A stretch of 64,000 nt of DNA from Thermodesulfobacteriota bacterium (GTDB lineage Bacteria > Desulfobacterota_D > UBA1144 > Nemesobacterales > UBA2774): the NCBI GenBank assembly GCA_963422265.1, contig OY729416.1:1152001-1216000 (forward strand), written 5' to 3'. Numbering within the stretch: position 1 is the first letter of the stretch; every line of letters starts with the position of its first letter. Made by a program: the position numbers and the translations under genes. The notes beneath the pieces were generated by a model. It was not told the DNA's origin and made no database searches. It saw nothing but the letters and a program-made list of their open reading frames with translations. This document shows positions 40,436 to 51,447 of this stretch, in pieces.

Positions 40436-41464
40436 TTAGATAGGAAAGCTCCAAAGCCCTTTTTGATTTTGGGGATGGAGAATATTCAGATGCGTATAGG
40501 CAAGCGGCGTCGCCATCCTACCACGAGGGGTTTTAGCTAATAATCCCTGCCTTATCAAAAAAGGCTCGCACACTTCTTCAATTGTGTCTCTGTCTTCACT
40601 CACGGCAGCGGCAATAGTATCAATACCAACGGGTCCACCTTCGAACTTTTCAATTATTGTTTCAAGTATAGTTCTATCAAGCCCATCAAGCCCTATGGAG
40701 TCAATCTCCAGCATATTAAGCGCAGATACCGCAACCTCCAAGTCTATGACGCCGTCGGCTTTAACCTCTGCAAAATCCCGCACTCGCTTTAGTAACCTGT
40801 TCGCAATTCTAGGAGTGCCGCGCGCTCGGCATGAAAGCTCTTTTATCCCTCGCTCAGTAACTTCAACCCCCAAAATACCCGCCGTTCTTATCAATATATC
40901 TTCAATTTCCCGTGAATCGTAATAATCGAGTCGTAAATCTACCCCGAACCTCGACCTGAGTGGGGAAGTCAGAAGACCTGTCCTAGTAGTAGCTCCCACC
41001 AACGTAAAATGATTTACTCCCACCTTCATTGACTTCGCCGTAGGACCCTCGCCTATCATTATATCTATCTTAAAGTCTTCCATTGCAGAGTATAAATACT
41101 CCTCCACAATGCGGTTTAATCTGTGAATTTCATCTATGAACAGAACGTCTCTCTCTTCCAGATTAGTAAGAATTGAAGCGAGATCACCCACTCTCTCTAT
41201 TACGGGTCCCGAGGTGGAATAGATTTTCACTCCGAGTTCATTAGCAACAATGTGGGCAAGCGTGGTTTTGCCAAGTCCCGGCGGCCCGTAAAGAAGTGCG
41301 TGATCAAGTGTCTCACCCCTCTTTATTGTCGCTTCAATAAATACCCCTATCTTCTCTTTTACCTTGACCTGCCCCAAATAATCCCTTAGGCGACTCGGAC
41401 GGAGATTGACGTCAAATAGAGCGTCTTCCTCTCTATCGTTCGGGTTGATTACTCTGCTATCCAT
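40436..41464 (-). CDS. ruvB: Holliday junction helicase RuvB
   Basis: [49 protein letters not shown]. Confidence 0.99.
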   Translation of the reverse strand: MDSRVINPNDREEDALFDVNLRPSRLRDYLGQVKVKEKIGVFIEATIKRGETLDHALLYGPPGLGKTTLAHIVANELGVKIYSTSGPVIERVGDLASILTNLEERDVLFIDEIHRLNRIVEEYLYSAMEDFKIDIMIGEGPTAKSMKVGVNHFTLVGATTRTGLLTSPLRSRFGVDLRLDYYDSREIEDILIRTAGILGVEVTERGIKELSCRARGTPRIANRLLKRVRDFAEVKADGVIDLEVAVSALNMLEIDSIGLDGLDRTILETIIEKFEGGPVGIDTIAAAVSEDRDTIEEVCEPFLIRQGLLAKTPRGRMATPLAYTHLNILHPQNQKGLWSFPI

Positions 41465-41497
41465 AAAACCCTCTTTTCATTCTAATAAACTAAAAGC

Positions 41498-41609
41498 AAA
41501 TCCACCCAACTCTCCTTTTCAAAAGAAGGGCGGTCTTTCATTTCTTATCAACGCTTGCACAAAACGACTCTCCGTAAAAATTTCGTAGGGACAGGCGTCG
41601 AACCTGTCC
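41498..41609. repeat. REP-like elements between ruvA and ruvB
   Basis: GTAG followed by hairpin GGACAGG-N7-CCTGTCC (41585-41609); AAATCCACCCAACTCTCCTTTTCAAAAGAAGGG resembles 37383-37416. Confidence 0.6.
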
Positions 41610-41613
41610 AACA

Positions 41614-42201
41614 TCATGCCTTCTTCATAAGCCTGAGGGATTCCCTAAGAGCTACTTCTATATCCTTTTCCTTTGACGTTATCGTTTCAATCTGCGAGAT
41701 ATGCACATCAATTTCAGGTCTTTTATATCCGAGATTCATCAACGCCGATATTACATCCTCAATAATACCCGCCTCGCTTTCAGCCTTCGCATCAGGCTCA
41801 AACCTAGAGAACTTACCCTTAAGCTCGGTCACGAGCCTAGAGGCTAGCCTCGAGCCTATTCCGGGAATCTTCCTTCCCTCAAGATCCCCTGAGCATACAG
41901 CCCGGGCAAGGTCACCGGGAGCGACGTTTGAAAGGATACTCACCGCCAATTTAGGACCAACCCCCGAAACCCCTATAAGCAGAGAAAAGACTTCCCGCTC
42001 ATCATCGTTAAGAAAGCCGAAAAGCTCAATACTACTCTCTTTCACGTTCGTTTGTATTTTTAACTCCGTTTCACTTCCCAGTTCCGGGAGTAGGTAGTAG
42101 GTAGAAAGGGGGACAGTTACGCCGTATCCAACTCCACCTACGTCTATAATTACTTTTCGGAGTGATTTATAGGCAATTCTGCCTCTAAGAAGGGAAATCA
42201 T
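41614..42201 (-). CDS. ruvA: Holliday junction DNA-binding protein RuvA
   Basis: MISLLRG, DVGGVGY, LFGF, GVSGVGPKLA, IPGIG, ALMNLGY. Confidence 0.97.
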   Translation of the reverse strand: MISLLRGRIAYKSLRKVIIDVGGVGYGVTVPLSTYYLLPELGSETELKIQTNVKESSIELFGFLNDDEREVFSLLIGVSGVGPKLAVSILSNVAPGDLARAVCSGDLEGRKIPGIGSRLASRLVTELKGKFSRFEPDAKAESEAGIIEDVISALMNLGYKRPEIDVHISQIETITSKEKDIEVALRESLRLMKKA

Positions 42202-42730
42202 CTAGTCTAAAGCGCCTCATTCTTCTCCTTGTTTGAACAAACTCTTTTCCCAGCTTTCTCTCAATTTGGGAAAGGTTAATATGACAAAGCGCAACAGCAA
42301 CTGCATCCGAGGCGTCCTCCGTTTCAAATTCCGATATCCCGAGAATAGCGGATATCATACTTTGCACTTCGCTTTTATTCGCTCTACCTCTTCCGGTAAG
42401 GGCAAGCTTAACTCTTGTGGGGGAATACTCGTGAATTGAAATCCCAGATTTAGACGCAGCCAGAAGCGCAACGCCCCTCGCCTCCCCGAGCTTTATAGCA
42501 CTCTTTGCGTTTTTTGCGAAGAATATATCCTCAATAGACATAGCACCGGGAGCATAGTCGACTATTAACTTTATTAGGTTCTCGTAAATGACTCGCAATT
42601 TCTGATATAAAGGCAGATCCGCCTTAGGAATAATAGCCCCGTTAGCAATATGAGAGATTTCTCCATTACGGGTCTCGAGAACCCCGTAACCGCAAACCCT
42701 TGAACCGGGGTCTATCCCAATTACCTTCAT
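42185..42730 (-). CDS. ruvC: Crossover junction endodeoxyribonuclease RuvC
   Basis: [41 protein letters not shown]. Confidence 0.98.
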   Translation of the reverse strand: MKVIGIDPGSRVCGYGVLETRNGEISHIANGAIIPKADLPLYQKLRVIYENLIKLIVDYAPGAMSIEDIFFAKNAKSAIKLGEARGVALLAASKSGISIHEYSPTRVKLALTGRGRANKSEVQSMISAILGISEFETEDASDAVAVALCHINLSQIERKLGKEFVQTRRRMRRFRLDDFPS

Positions 42731-43476
42731 TGCGTAAGGTTTTCTATTACTTCTTCTGGAACGTCAAAGTTAGAATACACATGCTGAACGTCGTCACTGT
42801 CCTCAAGCGCTTCCATAAGACGGATCATGTGCTCAGCTTCTTTTCCCTCTACTTTGACACTATTCTGAGGAATCATAGTAACCTCTGCCGAGTCGTATTT
42901 TAGACCCGATTCTTGTATTGCGCTTTTAACGTCTTCTATGATCTCCGGCGGCGTTATAACAACGACCTCATCGTCCCCCGTCGCCACGTCTTCGGCACCA
43001 GCTTCAAGAGCCACTTCAAATACGCTGTCTTCATCAACGCTTGCTTCTTCAAAAGCGATCCTGCCCTTCATGTCAAATATCCATGCAACGCATCCATTCT
43101 CACCTAAATTGCCACCGTGCTTTGTAAAAATCTTTCTTATATCCGCCACTGTCCGGTTTTTATTATCTGTAAGCGCCCTTACTAATACCGCGCTTCCTCC
43201 GGGACCGTAGCCTTCATAAGAAAGCTCGTAAAACTCATCTCCACCTATTTCCCTGGTCCCGCGCTTTACCGCCCTATCTATAGTATCATTGGGCATATTA
43301 TTGCCTTTAGCAGCAGTTATAGCCGTTCTTAATCGGGGATTCGTTTCAACATCTCCCCCACCCTGCTTAGCAGCTACAGTAAGTTCACGAATCAACTTTG
43401 TAAAAACTTTACCCCGTTTTGCGTCAACTGCGGCTTTTCTATGCTTTATATTCGCCCATTTTGAATGTCCCGCCAT
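42727..43476 (-). CDS. yebC: YebC/PmpR family protein
   Basis: [38 protein letters not shown]. Confidence 0.97.
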   Translation of the reverse strand: MAGHSKWANIKHRKAAVDAKRGKVFTKLIRELTVAAKQGGGDVETNPRLRTAITAAKGNNMPNDTIDRAVKRGTREIGGDEFYELSYEGYGPGGSAVLVRALTDNKNRTVADIRKIFTKHGGNLGENGCVAWIFDMKGRIAFEEASVDEDSVFEVALEAGAEDVATGDDEVVVITPPEIIEDVKSAIQESGLKYDSAEVTMIPQNSVKVEGKEAEHMIRLMEALEDSDDVQHVYSNFDVPEEVIENLTQ

Positions 43477-43490
43477 AACAACTTAACCTC

Positions 43491-43537
43491 GCTTTTTAAG
43501 TACTCATTAATATTTGCATTGCTTTTTCAGTACTCAT
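43491..43537. promoter_or_regulatory. 17-bp direct repeat (period 30) upstream of yebC-ruvCAB, candidate operator
   Basis: GCTTTTTAAGTACTCAT (43491) and GCTTTTTCAGTACTCAT (43521); repeat is certain, function is inferred. Confidence 0.4.
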
Positions 43538-43632
43538 CCAAATTATATTGAAATTGTAAAGCATCTAGTGAGAATTAGCAAGCACCTAAAACCTCTGAAA
43601 CTAATCAAATTCTTCAATTTCTAAAAACTTAC

Positions 43633-43662
43633 TTGACAAAATATAAATCTAGCGTAGATAAT
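43633..43662 (+). promoter_or_regulatory. Probable sigma70 promoter of rho
   Basis: Perfect TTGACA followed at 16-18 nt by TAGATA/GATAAT, about 135 bp upstream of rho. Confidence 0.5.
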
Positions 43663-43796
43663 AGTCCTGTATATATTAACTTTCATAAGCAACTCAGAGA
43701 AACTATCCCTTAGAGCATTATCGTTCATTTCCAAATTCGTTAAGCGATATTTGTTTGTATGGTAATCCTAAAATAATTAACCGAGGAACTTAGTTT

Positions 43797-45110
43797 ATGG
43801 CTAGAGCTACAAAATTGCGGGAAAAACCCGAAGATAGACATTTTGAAGAACGTTCCCGGTTTCTGAGCTTAAACGAGCTTAGGAACCACACAAGCGCGGA
43901 GCTAATGAGGAGGGCAATAGAGCTTAACATTGAAGGGGCGGCGCGCATGACAAAGCAAGATGTAACTTATGCAATACTAAAAGCCCAGAGCGAAAAAGAA
44001 GTAATCATATTTGCTGAAGGAGTGCTCGAAATACTTTCAGAAGGATACGGCTTTTTAAGATCTCCTAAATATAGCTATTTACCCGGACCAGATGACATAT
44101 ACGTATCAAAATCACAAATACGCTCATTCAACCTTAAAACCGGAGACACCGTGGGAGGACAGGTCAGGCTTCCAAGGGAAGGCGAAAAAAACCTCGCCCT
44201 GTTTAAGATAGAAGAAGTGAACAACGACTCGCGCGAAGCCTGCAGAGAAAGGGTGGCATTTGAGGATCGCATCCCGCTCCATCCAGAAGAAAGAATACAC
44301 CTTGAATACGATAAGAATGAATTTTGTAGCAGGACGTTAGACTTATTCATCCCTATTGGCAAGGGACAGAGAGCCTTAATCGTGGCTCCCCCGAGAACGG
44401 GTAAAACCATACTACTTCAAAGGATTGCAAATGCAATCACGAGAAACCAACCTGAAATAGCACTTATAGTACTTCTGATAGACGAGCGTCCCGAGGAAGT
44501 AACGGACATGCAGAGGTCAGTCAAGGGAGAGGTAGTGAGTTCAACGTTCGACGAGCCTGCCCAGCGACACATCCAAGTTGCCGACATGGTTCTTGAAAAA
44601 GCAAAAAGGTTGGTTGAGCATCAAAAAGACGTGGTCATCCTACTTGATAGTCTTACCCGTCTTGCTCGCGCTAGCAATACCGTTACTCCCGCAAGTGGTA
44701 GGGTACTCTCAGGTGGCATGGAGGCTAACGCCCTGCAAAGACCGAAAAGGTTCTTTGGAGCAGCGAGAAATACGGAGGATGGCGGTAGCCTTACGATAAT
44801 AGCCACCGCACTTATAGACACTGGAAGTCGAATGGACGAAGTAATATTTGAAGAATTCAAAGGAACGGGGAACATGGAGGCTTATCTCGACAGGCGCCTT
44901 GCCGACAAAAGAGTATTCCCTGCCATTGACTTGCAACGGTCCGGAACGAGAAAAGAAGAACTCTTACTAACAGAAGAGGTACTAAATAAAATGTGGCTAT
45001 TAAGAAAGGTTCTAAACCCTATGAATACAACCGAGGCTATGGAATTCCTCTTGGATAAAATAAACAATACGAAATCCAACCACGAGTTCCTCAGTATGAT
45101 GAATCAGTAA
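43797..45110 (+). CDS. rho: Transcription termination factor Rho
   Basis: [49 protein letters not shown]. Confidence 0.99.
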   Translation: MARATKLREKPEDRHFEERSRFLSLNELRNHTSAELMRRAIELNIEGAARMTKQDVTYAILKAQSEKEVIIFAEGVLEILSEGYGFLRSPKYSYLPGPDDIYVSKSQIRSFNLKTGDTVGGQVRLPREGEKNLALFKIEEVNNDSREACRERVAFEDRIPLHPEERIHLEYDKNEFCSRTLDLFIPIGKGQRALIVAPPRTGKTILLQRIANAITRNQPEIALIVLLIDERPEEVTDMQRSVKGEVVSSTFDEPAQRHIQVADMVLEKAKRLVEHQKDVVILLDSLTRLARASNTVTPASGRVLSGGMEANALQRPKRFFGAARNTEDGGSLTIIATALIDTGSRMDEVIFEEFKGTGNMEAYLDRRLADKRVFPAIDLQRSGTRKEELLLTEEVLNKMWLLRKVLNPMNTTEAMEFLLDKINNTKSNHEFLSMMNQ

Positions 45111-45143
45111 TAATCACAGTTTACGGTTCTCAGTTCTTGGTTT

Positions 45144-46100
45144 TCAAGCTGTAATCTCAAGCATCCTATAGATTGGCTTTCTAGCCTCTATAGCCGTCTT
45201 CTTAGGAACTTTGACTTCATAAATTTCTTTCTGGAGAGATTTAAGAACTTTTTCAAGCGTTATCATCTTCATATATTTACAAACAGCGTTATCCTTAGCA
45301 GGGTGAAACACTTTATCGGGGTTTTCCTTCTTTAGTCTGTGAATCATCCCCGTTTCAGTCGCTATAACGAATTCCCTAGAATTAGACTTGCTCACGTGTT
45401 TAAGCATGCCACCAGTTGAAAGAAATTTTGCCTTGCTCTTGCCATTTTGGGATGAGCTAGTAGCGGCGTGATACATAATATTAGTTGTGCACCCGCACTC
45501 TGGGTGAATAATCATCTCCGCACCTGGATGTGAACATTGAACTCTCTGAATGTCTTGATCTCTTATCCCCGCGTGAACGTGGCACTCCCCTTGCCATATA
45601 TGCATCTTTCTCCCCGTAACCTTCGCCACGTAGGCACCCAAGAACATATCTGGCAAAAAGAGAATTTCCTTATCCTCAGAGATTGAGCTAACCACGTTTA
45701 CCGCATTAGAAGAAGTGCAGCAGTAGTCAGTCTCAGCCTTGACCTCAGCGGTTGTGTTGACGTAAGAGACTACAACCGCGTCCGGGTGCTGCTTCTTCCA
45801 GTGTCTAAGCTGCTCTGCGTCAATAGTATCGGCAAGGGAACACCCCGCATTCTCATCAGGAATTAGAACTTTTTTATCGGGGGAAATGATAGATGCCGTC
45901 TCAGCCATAAAGTGGACGCCACAAAATACTATAATATCAGCCTGTGTTTCAGCAGCTTGTCGTGAAAGTCCGAGCGAATCACCTACAAAGTCAGCTATAT
46001 CTTGGACATCTGGAATCTGGTAATTGTGCGCCAGTATAACCGCATTCTTCTCGTTCTTTAGTCTTTGTATTTCTTGGGCGACTATTCTTGGGGCAGTCAT
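45144..46100 (-). CDS. nadA: Quinolinate synthase
   Basis: ILAHNYQ, FCGVHFMAE, AGCSLA, YVNT, CHVH, HPEC, CKYMK. Confidence 0.98.
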   Translation of the reverse strand: MTAPRIVAQEIQRLKNEKNAVILAHNYQIPDVQDIADFVGDSLGLSRQAAETQADIIVFCGVHFMAETASIISPDKKVLIPDENAGCSLADTIDAEQLRHWKKQHPDAVVVSYVNTTAEVKAETDYCCTSSNAVNVVSSISEDKEILFLPDMFLGAYVAKVTGRKMHIWQGECHVHAGIRDQDIQRVQCSHPGAEMIIHPECGCTTNIMYHAATSSSQNGKSKAKFLSTGGMLKHVSKSNSREFVIATETGMIHRLKKENPDKVFHPAKDNAVCKYMKMITLEKVLKSLQKEIYEVKVPKKTAIEARKPIYRMLEITA

Positions 46101-46152
46101 TTTGTCTTTTCACTTTACCGCGTTCATATTATATAATATAAGTCGCTTGTTA

Positions 46153-46995
46153 TTATAACATATAAATACCTATATCTAAAGCGCGTGAGGAGTGAGTGAG
46201 AGCTCCTATAGATACAACATCCACCCCAGTCTCCGCAATGCCCTTTATAGTTTTGAGCGTAACACCCCCCGAAGCCTCGACAAGCGCCTTGCCTCTTATA
46301 ATACCTACGGACTCTCTCATCTGTTCAAGCGACATGTTGTCAAGCATAATTATATCAGCTTTTACTTTTAGAGCCTCCTTTACTTGCTCTATCGTAGTCG
46401 TTTCGACCTCAATAGAAAACTTACTTCCGTATTTGCCGCGGACTGCTTGAACGGCAGCCATAATGCTACCCGCAAGTTTAATATGGTTATCTTTTATAAG
46501 AACGCCGTCGTATAACCCTATGCGATTATTTTTTCCCCCACCAATAGATACGGCGTATTTATCCAGCATCCTAAGTCCCGGGGCCGTTTTTCTAGTATCT
46601 ATTATCCCTACTGACGTGCCTTCAAGAACTTTTAGGTATTTGGAGGTTAAAGTCGCTATACCAGATAGCCTTTGAAGAATATTTAGAGCAAGTCGCTCAC
46701 CCGAAAGAGCAGCTCTGACCTTCAAAGTAATCTCAGCGACTAAATCGCCGGAATCTACAACTTCTCCATCACTAAGCGCCCCAACACATCCAACATTATG
46801 ATCAAGCTTTTGGAACACTCTCTTGGCGATAGGAATACCAGCGATAACCCCACGCTCCTTAGCGCGGACGACTGCTTTACATACCTTATCTTTATCTTTG
46901 CCAAAAAGCGCATCCGTAGTAATATCCCCCGTCCCGATATCTTCTTTGAGCGCCACGTCTATTACTTTATCAATGTGGTCACAGCTTAGATTCAT
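46153..46995 (-). CDS. nadC: Nicotinate-nucleotide diphosphorylase
   Basis: EDIGTGDITT, DTRKTAPG, IKDNH, EVE, IMLDNM, EASGG, SIGALTHS. Confidence 0.98.
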   Translation of the reverse strand: MNLSCDHIDKVIDVALKEDIGTGDITTDALFGKDKDKVCKAVVRAKERGVIAGIPIAKRVFQKLDHNVGCVGALSDGEVVDSGDLVAEITLKVRAALSGERLALNILQRLSGIATLTSKYLKVLEGTSVGIIDTRKTAPGLRMLDKYAVSIGGGKNNRIGLYDGVLIKDNHIKLAGSIMAAVQAVRGKYGSKFSIEVETTTIEQVKEALKVKADIIMLDNMSLEQMRESVGIIRGKALVEASGGVTLKTIKGIAETGVDVVSIGALTHSSRALDIGIYML

Positions 46996-47041
46996 TTGCG
47001 CGCCTCGGTATCAATATCCTAATAATAGAACCAACGTTTAG

Positions 47042-48649
47042 TTACGAAATAGGCGTTACTTGGGGAGTTTTCCCCTTCTGCAGGATTATATGAGACATCC
47101 ATTCAGGACGCTCGGTTGGGAAGTCATCCCTAATATGAACTCCTCTAGATTCTTCCCTAAGAAGAGCAAACTCGGCAATTAGTTTGGATACCAGCAACGT
47201 CATTTTAATTTTTAGTGAATAATATCCACCCAACTCGCTAAGGACATTTGAAAGTTTATCTAGCTCCACCCTGGCGTGTAGAAGATACTCCTTATTTCTA
47301 ACTATTCCCACGTATCTGTTCATAATATTTGCATTTTTCGTTCTATTACTCAAAAAAAGCTTATGGTCTCTAGCCGAAGCCCCATAGTCCAGACCGTCGA
47401 AATCAAAATTGTGCTCGTCCCCCGAACGCTCGACGCTCATCTCCTTAATAGCACCGTCAATAGCCCTCTTAGCAAATACTATACATTCAAGAAGTGAGTT
47501 ACTTGCCAACCTGTTAGCTCCATGAACCCCGGCACAGGCAACCTCACCACAGGCAAAGAGACCCTTTATATTAGTGGCTCCGTTGAGATCCGTTTTAACC
47601 CCACCAATTGTATAATGGGCAGCAGGCGCAACCGGAACCAAATCCTTTGTAATATTAATCCCAAAACGAATACACAGCTCGTATATATTCGAGAAACGTT
47701 TTGTGACCAATTCAGAGTCAACGTGTTTTAGGTCCAAGTAAACGTAATCCTTCCCGGATTTTTTCATCTCTATGAAAATAGCGCGAGACACCTCGTCTCT
47801 CGGAGCAAGCTCGCCTAGCTCGGTATAACGCTGAAGGAACCTCTCGCCAGTAGTATTTAAGAGATAAGCCCCCTCCCCCCTTACAGCCTCGCTTATTAAA
47901 AAACTTTCTCCACCCTCATTATAAAATGCAGTTGGATGAAACTGAACAAATTCCATATCGGTTATTTCCGCTCCAGCCCAGTATGCAAGAGCTATGCCTT
48001 CCCCAGTAGAGCCTAATGGATTCGTAGTCCTTTCATACAATGCCGAAGCGCCACCTGAAACGAGCACAGTTGATTTAGAAATGAACACCAATGGGGTAAA
48101 TTTCTCATTTAAGGCTAATGCCCCGTAACATGTCTTTGAATCAGACAAAATCTTTATTACGCACGTGCTCTCATACTTAACAATCGATGGATTGTTTTCA
48201 ACCGCGGCGATTAGAAACTGGATTATCCGCCTGCCTGTAGAGCTTCCTCCAGCGTGAAGAACGCGCCTCTTTGTATGACCCCCCTCAAGTCCGAGATCAA
48301 GCCCATCATCTCCCAAGTCAAACTTCATGCCGAGAGCGATCAAATCCATTATCCTCTTCTTTCCTTCTTCCACGAGCAACTTGACGGCAGACTCATTATT
48401 AAGACCTCTTCCTGCCCTCATAGTATCTTCCATGTGAAGACACGCCGAGTCTCCAGAATCTACCGCAGCCGCTATACCACCTTGAGCCCAGTAGGAATTG
48501 CTTTGCTCTATAGTGGACTTTGTCAATACGCTTACCGTGCCGAACTTAGAAGCGCAAAGAGCCGCATATAAACCAGCAAGTCCACTTCCAATTATAAGAA
48601 AATCCGAATGGATTTCCCTTACCCCTTTTTTAGGCGTCGATTTGCTCAT
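47042..48649 (-). CDS. nadB: L-aspartate oxidase
   Basis: IGSGLAG, WAQGGIAA, EGGHT.RRVLH, EFVQFHPT, ELAPRD, HYTIGG, GVHGANRLASNSLLE. Confidence 0.97.
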   Translation of the reverse strand: MSKSTPKKGVREIHSDFLIIGSGLAGLYAALCASKFGTVSVLTKSTIEQSNSYWAQGGIAAAVDSGDSACLHMEDTMRAGRGLNNESAVKLLVEEGKKRIMDLIALGMKFDLGDDGLDLGLEGGHTKRRVLHAGGSSTGRRIIQFLIAAVENNPSIVKYESTCVIKILSDSKTCYGALALNEKFTPLVFISKSTVLVSGGASALYERTTNPLGSTGEGIALAYWAGAEITDMEFVQFHPTAFYNEGGESFLISEAVRGEGAYLLNTTGERFLQRYTELGELAPRDEVSRAIFIEMKKSGKDYVYLDLKHVDSELVTKRFSNIYELCIRFGINITKDLVPVAPAAHYTIGGVKTDLNGATNIKGLFACGEVACAGVHGANRLASNSLLECIVFAKRAIDGAIKEMSVERSGDEHNFDFDGLDYGASARDHKLFLSNRTKNANIMNRYVGIVRNKEYLLHARVELDKLSNVLSELGGYYSLKIKMTLLVSKLIAEFALLREESRGVHIRDDFPTERPEWMSHIILQKGKTPQVTPIS

Positions 48650-48696
48650 CTAACACTCTTAAATTATAGTTTATATTATATGCTTCATAACGCTTA

Positions 48697-51348
48697 CTAG
48701 TTGCCTATAGAATTGAGCAATTCAGATTTGATTCTTTGTATTGTCTCGCTATCCTTGATTTTTTTACCTTTCATATCGGTTACGTAAAACCCGTCCACAA
48801 CCTGATCTACCTTTGTAGATATCTTTGCATACTGCGTGGAAAGGCCGAGCTTCGTTATAGACTTGGTTATATCGTATAGAAGTCCACCTCTATCATATGT
48901 GTAGACGTCAATAATAGTAGCCTTGTCCGAAGATTCATTATCTATCTCCACACGCGTAGGATAACGAGGTATAAACTTGCGATATTGGGAACCCCCCTTT
49001 TTCCTTTTAGCAACAAGTTTTTCTACTTCTATCTTGCCAACTAGAATCTCCCGCATATTACTTCTTAACTTGTCCCACACAGGGTCCTGCTCCTCAGCCA
49101 TCTCGCCTAACCTATTTACGTAGAAAACATCTAATATCCTTCCGTCGTCCCTGGTTGTTATCCTAGCACCTAGAATGTTCAATCCACTTGCCCTTATTAC
49201 ACCGCAGAGCTGTGAAAAAATCCCTGGCTCATCAAACCCCCAGAAGGTAAACTCGTTATACTGCTCCCTAGAATAGTATAAAACGTTCATTCCTATTCCA
49301 TCTTTGGACTCCTCAATTATACCAACGTGGTAAGCGATTTTGCGGGGAGAAAATCCCAAAAAGTAGGAAGTGGGCATATTCCTTAGGGCGGCGCGTATCT
49401 TTTTCTCGGGTATTTGTCCATCAGCAGCTTGGACTACGCTCCGGGTCACCCTCTTCTTCGTATCTTCAGGAGTTTCTTTCTTAAATTCTCCCCTTTCAAG
49501 AACCTTAGCAGTCCTTACGAAGAGCTCCTTTAATAACATTGCCTTCCAATTATTCCAAACGTTGGGTCCAACGGATTTAATATCGGCGAAGGTTAAAAGA
49601 TAAAGCAAGGAAAGCATCTCCAGAGTCTTAACGGATCGTGCGAACCTCAGTATCAAGCTATAATCGTGTATGTCTCGCCTCTGTGAAAAGTGAGACATAA
49701 CCATGTGATGTTTAACCAACAATTCAAGCTGTTCGCCTTCTTTCTGAGATAGTTCCAACGTTCTAGAAAGCTTAGGAATCATGGCAGCTCCCTTCAGGGC
49801 GTGATTTCGCCCCTCGCCCTTACCCATATCGTGAAATAGACAGGCGAGATATAGAACGTGCCTATTCATAAGGGATTCAGCCGTCTTAGTTAACAGTGGA
49901 AGTTCCTTCTCGTATTTATAACTCAGCAAGTTTTCAATCTCCTTTATCATCATAATTGAATGGACGTCCACCGTATAAACGTGATAAGCGTCGTGCTGCA
50001 CCATGCAAACTATCTTACCAAATTCAGGAATATAAGAACCCAAAAGTCTAAGCCTATTCATTTCAAATAGTGAGTTCGCTACGTTCTTTCCCGTTTTAAG
50101 GAGTCTCAGAAAAGAGGCGTTAAGTTCTGGATCAGATATAACCTTCTCATCTATAGTAATTCTAACAATCTCGTCCCTTATAAGCCCTTCCAGATAATTA
50201 CTCATACGAACCCCATGCCTATTGGCATATTCAAAAGCGCGCATTAGATTCGATGGCTTTTCTCCAAAGGCAGCAGGACTAGTAACCGAGAGCACCCCGC
50301 TTTGAATTATAAAACCATGTTGTAGTAACGTTTTCTTAGAAGTCTTAATAGTCGCCCTAGTGTCTTCAGTGCACTTCTCTATCAACCTTTTTGATCTCTC
50401 TCTGACGTCGTTTGCCCTTAGATAATAACTTCTCATAAACATTTCGATTGCGAGACGCTTAGTGTTCGAAAAACCGAGAAACTTTGCGAGCTCTTCCTGA
50501 AGTTCAAAAGTTAGTCTGTCCTCACGCCTCCCTGCTAGGTAGTGAAGCTCTGAGCGAACAAGGAGAAGAAAGCCAAGATCCTCTTCAAATCCCCTAAGTT
50601 CTTCTTCAACTAACACCCCCTTAGAGGTCAGCTCCGCAAAGCTCTTTACCTTATACTTGGCTTGTGCAATCCAGAGGGCTGAATTTATATCTCTAAGACC
50701 ACCTTCCCCTTCTTTAACGTTAGGCTCTAGCAGATAAATTGACCCTCCGAACTTGCTAAGCCTATTCTCATTCTCTTTTATTTTACGCCGAATAAACTTA
50801 GCCGAGACTGAAGGCAACAAATCACGGAAGAGCTTATCGTCAAAGAGCAAATACAAATTCCTATCCCCGTAAATAAACCTGCCGTCGAGAAGCGACGTCA
50901 GTATAGTGGTATCATCGCTATCCTCGCTAGAAAGCTCCATACACTCATCTATTGTTCTAACCGAGTGTCCGACGTCAAGATTTAGATCCCAAAGTAGGTA
51001 AAGCAGTTTTTCAGTAACGTGTTTTGCGAGAGTTTTATTGCGCTTCTTGTAAAGGAACATCAAATCTATATCAGAATAAGGACATAATTCCCTTCTCCCA
51101 TAACCTCCGAGTGCTAGTATAGAGATATTTTTAATGTCCCTGAAACCGAGTTGAGTTAACGCTTGCCAAATGAGTCTATCAATAATGTCAGACTGCATTT
51201 TCGCAAGGATTCTGCCCGAAAGAGCTCTTTCATGTTTAGCTTGTTTATTATGAATCTTTCTAAGCCCGTCTCGCTTACGAATAAGCCTTTGTTTAATCTG
51301 TTCACTCAAGCTATTTTGATCAAGCGCTAAACTGTCGGATTTCTTCAT
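48697..51348 (-). CDS. glnD: [Protein-PII] uridylyltransferase / uridylyl-removing enzyme
   Basis: GGYGRRELCPYSDIDL, EPNVKEGEGGLRD, HD domain (YHVYTVDVH..LFHDMGKG), two ACT domains; ATG 51348 behind GGAGG. Confidence 0.97.
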   Translation of the reverse strand: MKKSDSLALDQNSLSEQIKQRLIRKRDGLRKIHNKQAKHERALSGRILAKMQSDIIDRLIWQALTQLGFRDIKNISILALGGYGRRELCPYSDIDLMFLYKKRNKTLAKHVTEKLLYLLWDLNLDVGHSVRTIDECMELSSEDSDDTTILTSLLDGRFIYGDRNLYLLFDDKLFRDLLPSVSAKFIRRKIKENENRLSKFGGSIYLLEPNVKEGEGGLRDINSALWIAQAKYKVKSFAELTSKGVLVEEELRGFEEDLGFLLLVRSELHYLAGRREDRLTFELQEELAKFLGFSNTKRLAIEMFMRSYYLRANDVRERSKRLIEKCTEDTRATIKTSKKTLLQHGFIIQSGVLSVTSPAAFGEKPSNLMRAFEYANRHGVRMSNYLEGLIRDEIVRITIDEKVISDPELNASFLRLLKTGKNVANSLFEMNRLRLLGSYIPEFGKIVCMVQHDAYHVYTVDVHSIMMIKEIENLLSYKYEKELPLLTKTAESLMNRHVLYLACLFHDMGKGEGRNHALKGAAMIPKLSRTLELSQKEGEQLELLVKHHMVMSHFSQRRDIHDYSLILRFARSVKTLEMLSLLYLLTFADIKSVGPNVWNNWKAMLLKELFVRTAKVLERGEFKKETPEDTKKRVTRSVVQAADGQIPEKKIRAALRNMPTSYFLGFSPRKIAYHVGIIEESKDGIGMNVLYYSREQYNEFTFWGFDEPGIFSQLCGVIRASGLNILGARITTRDDGRILDVFYVNRLGEMAEEQDPVWDKLRSNMREILVGKIEVEKLVAKRKKGGSQYRKFIPRYPTRVEIDNESSDKATIIDVYTYDRGGLLYDITKSITKLGLSTQYAKISTKVDQVVDGFYVTDMKGKKIKDSETIQRIKSELLNSIGN

Positions 51349-51447
51349 CTTACCTCCACTATCCCGCAACAGGAGCGTGCCGAAGCAGTTTCATGATTAA
51401 GCATATATGCAGGATAGACTACAGGACAAGTTCTGGAGCAATCCATT

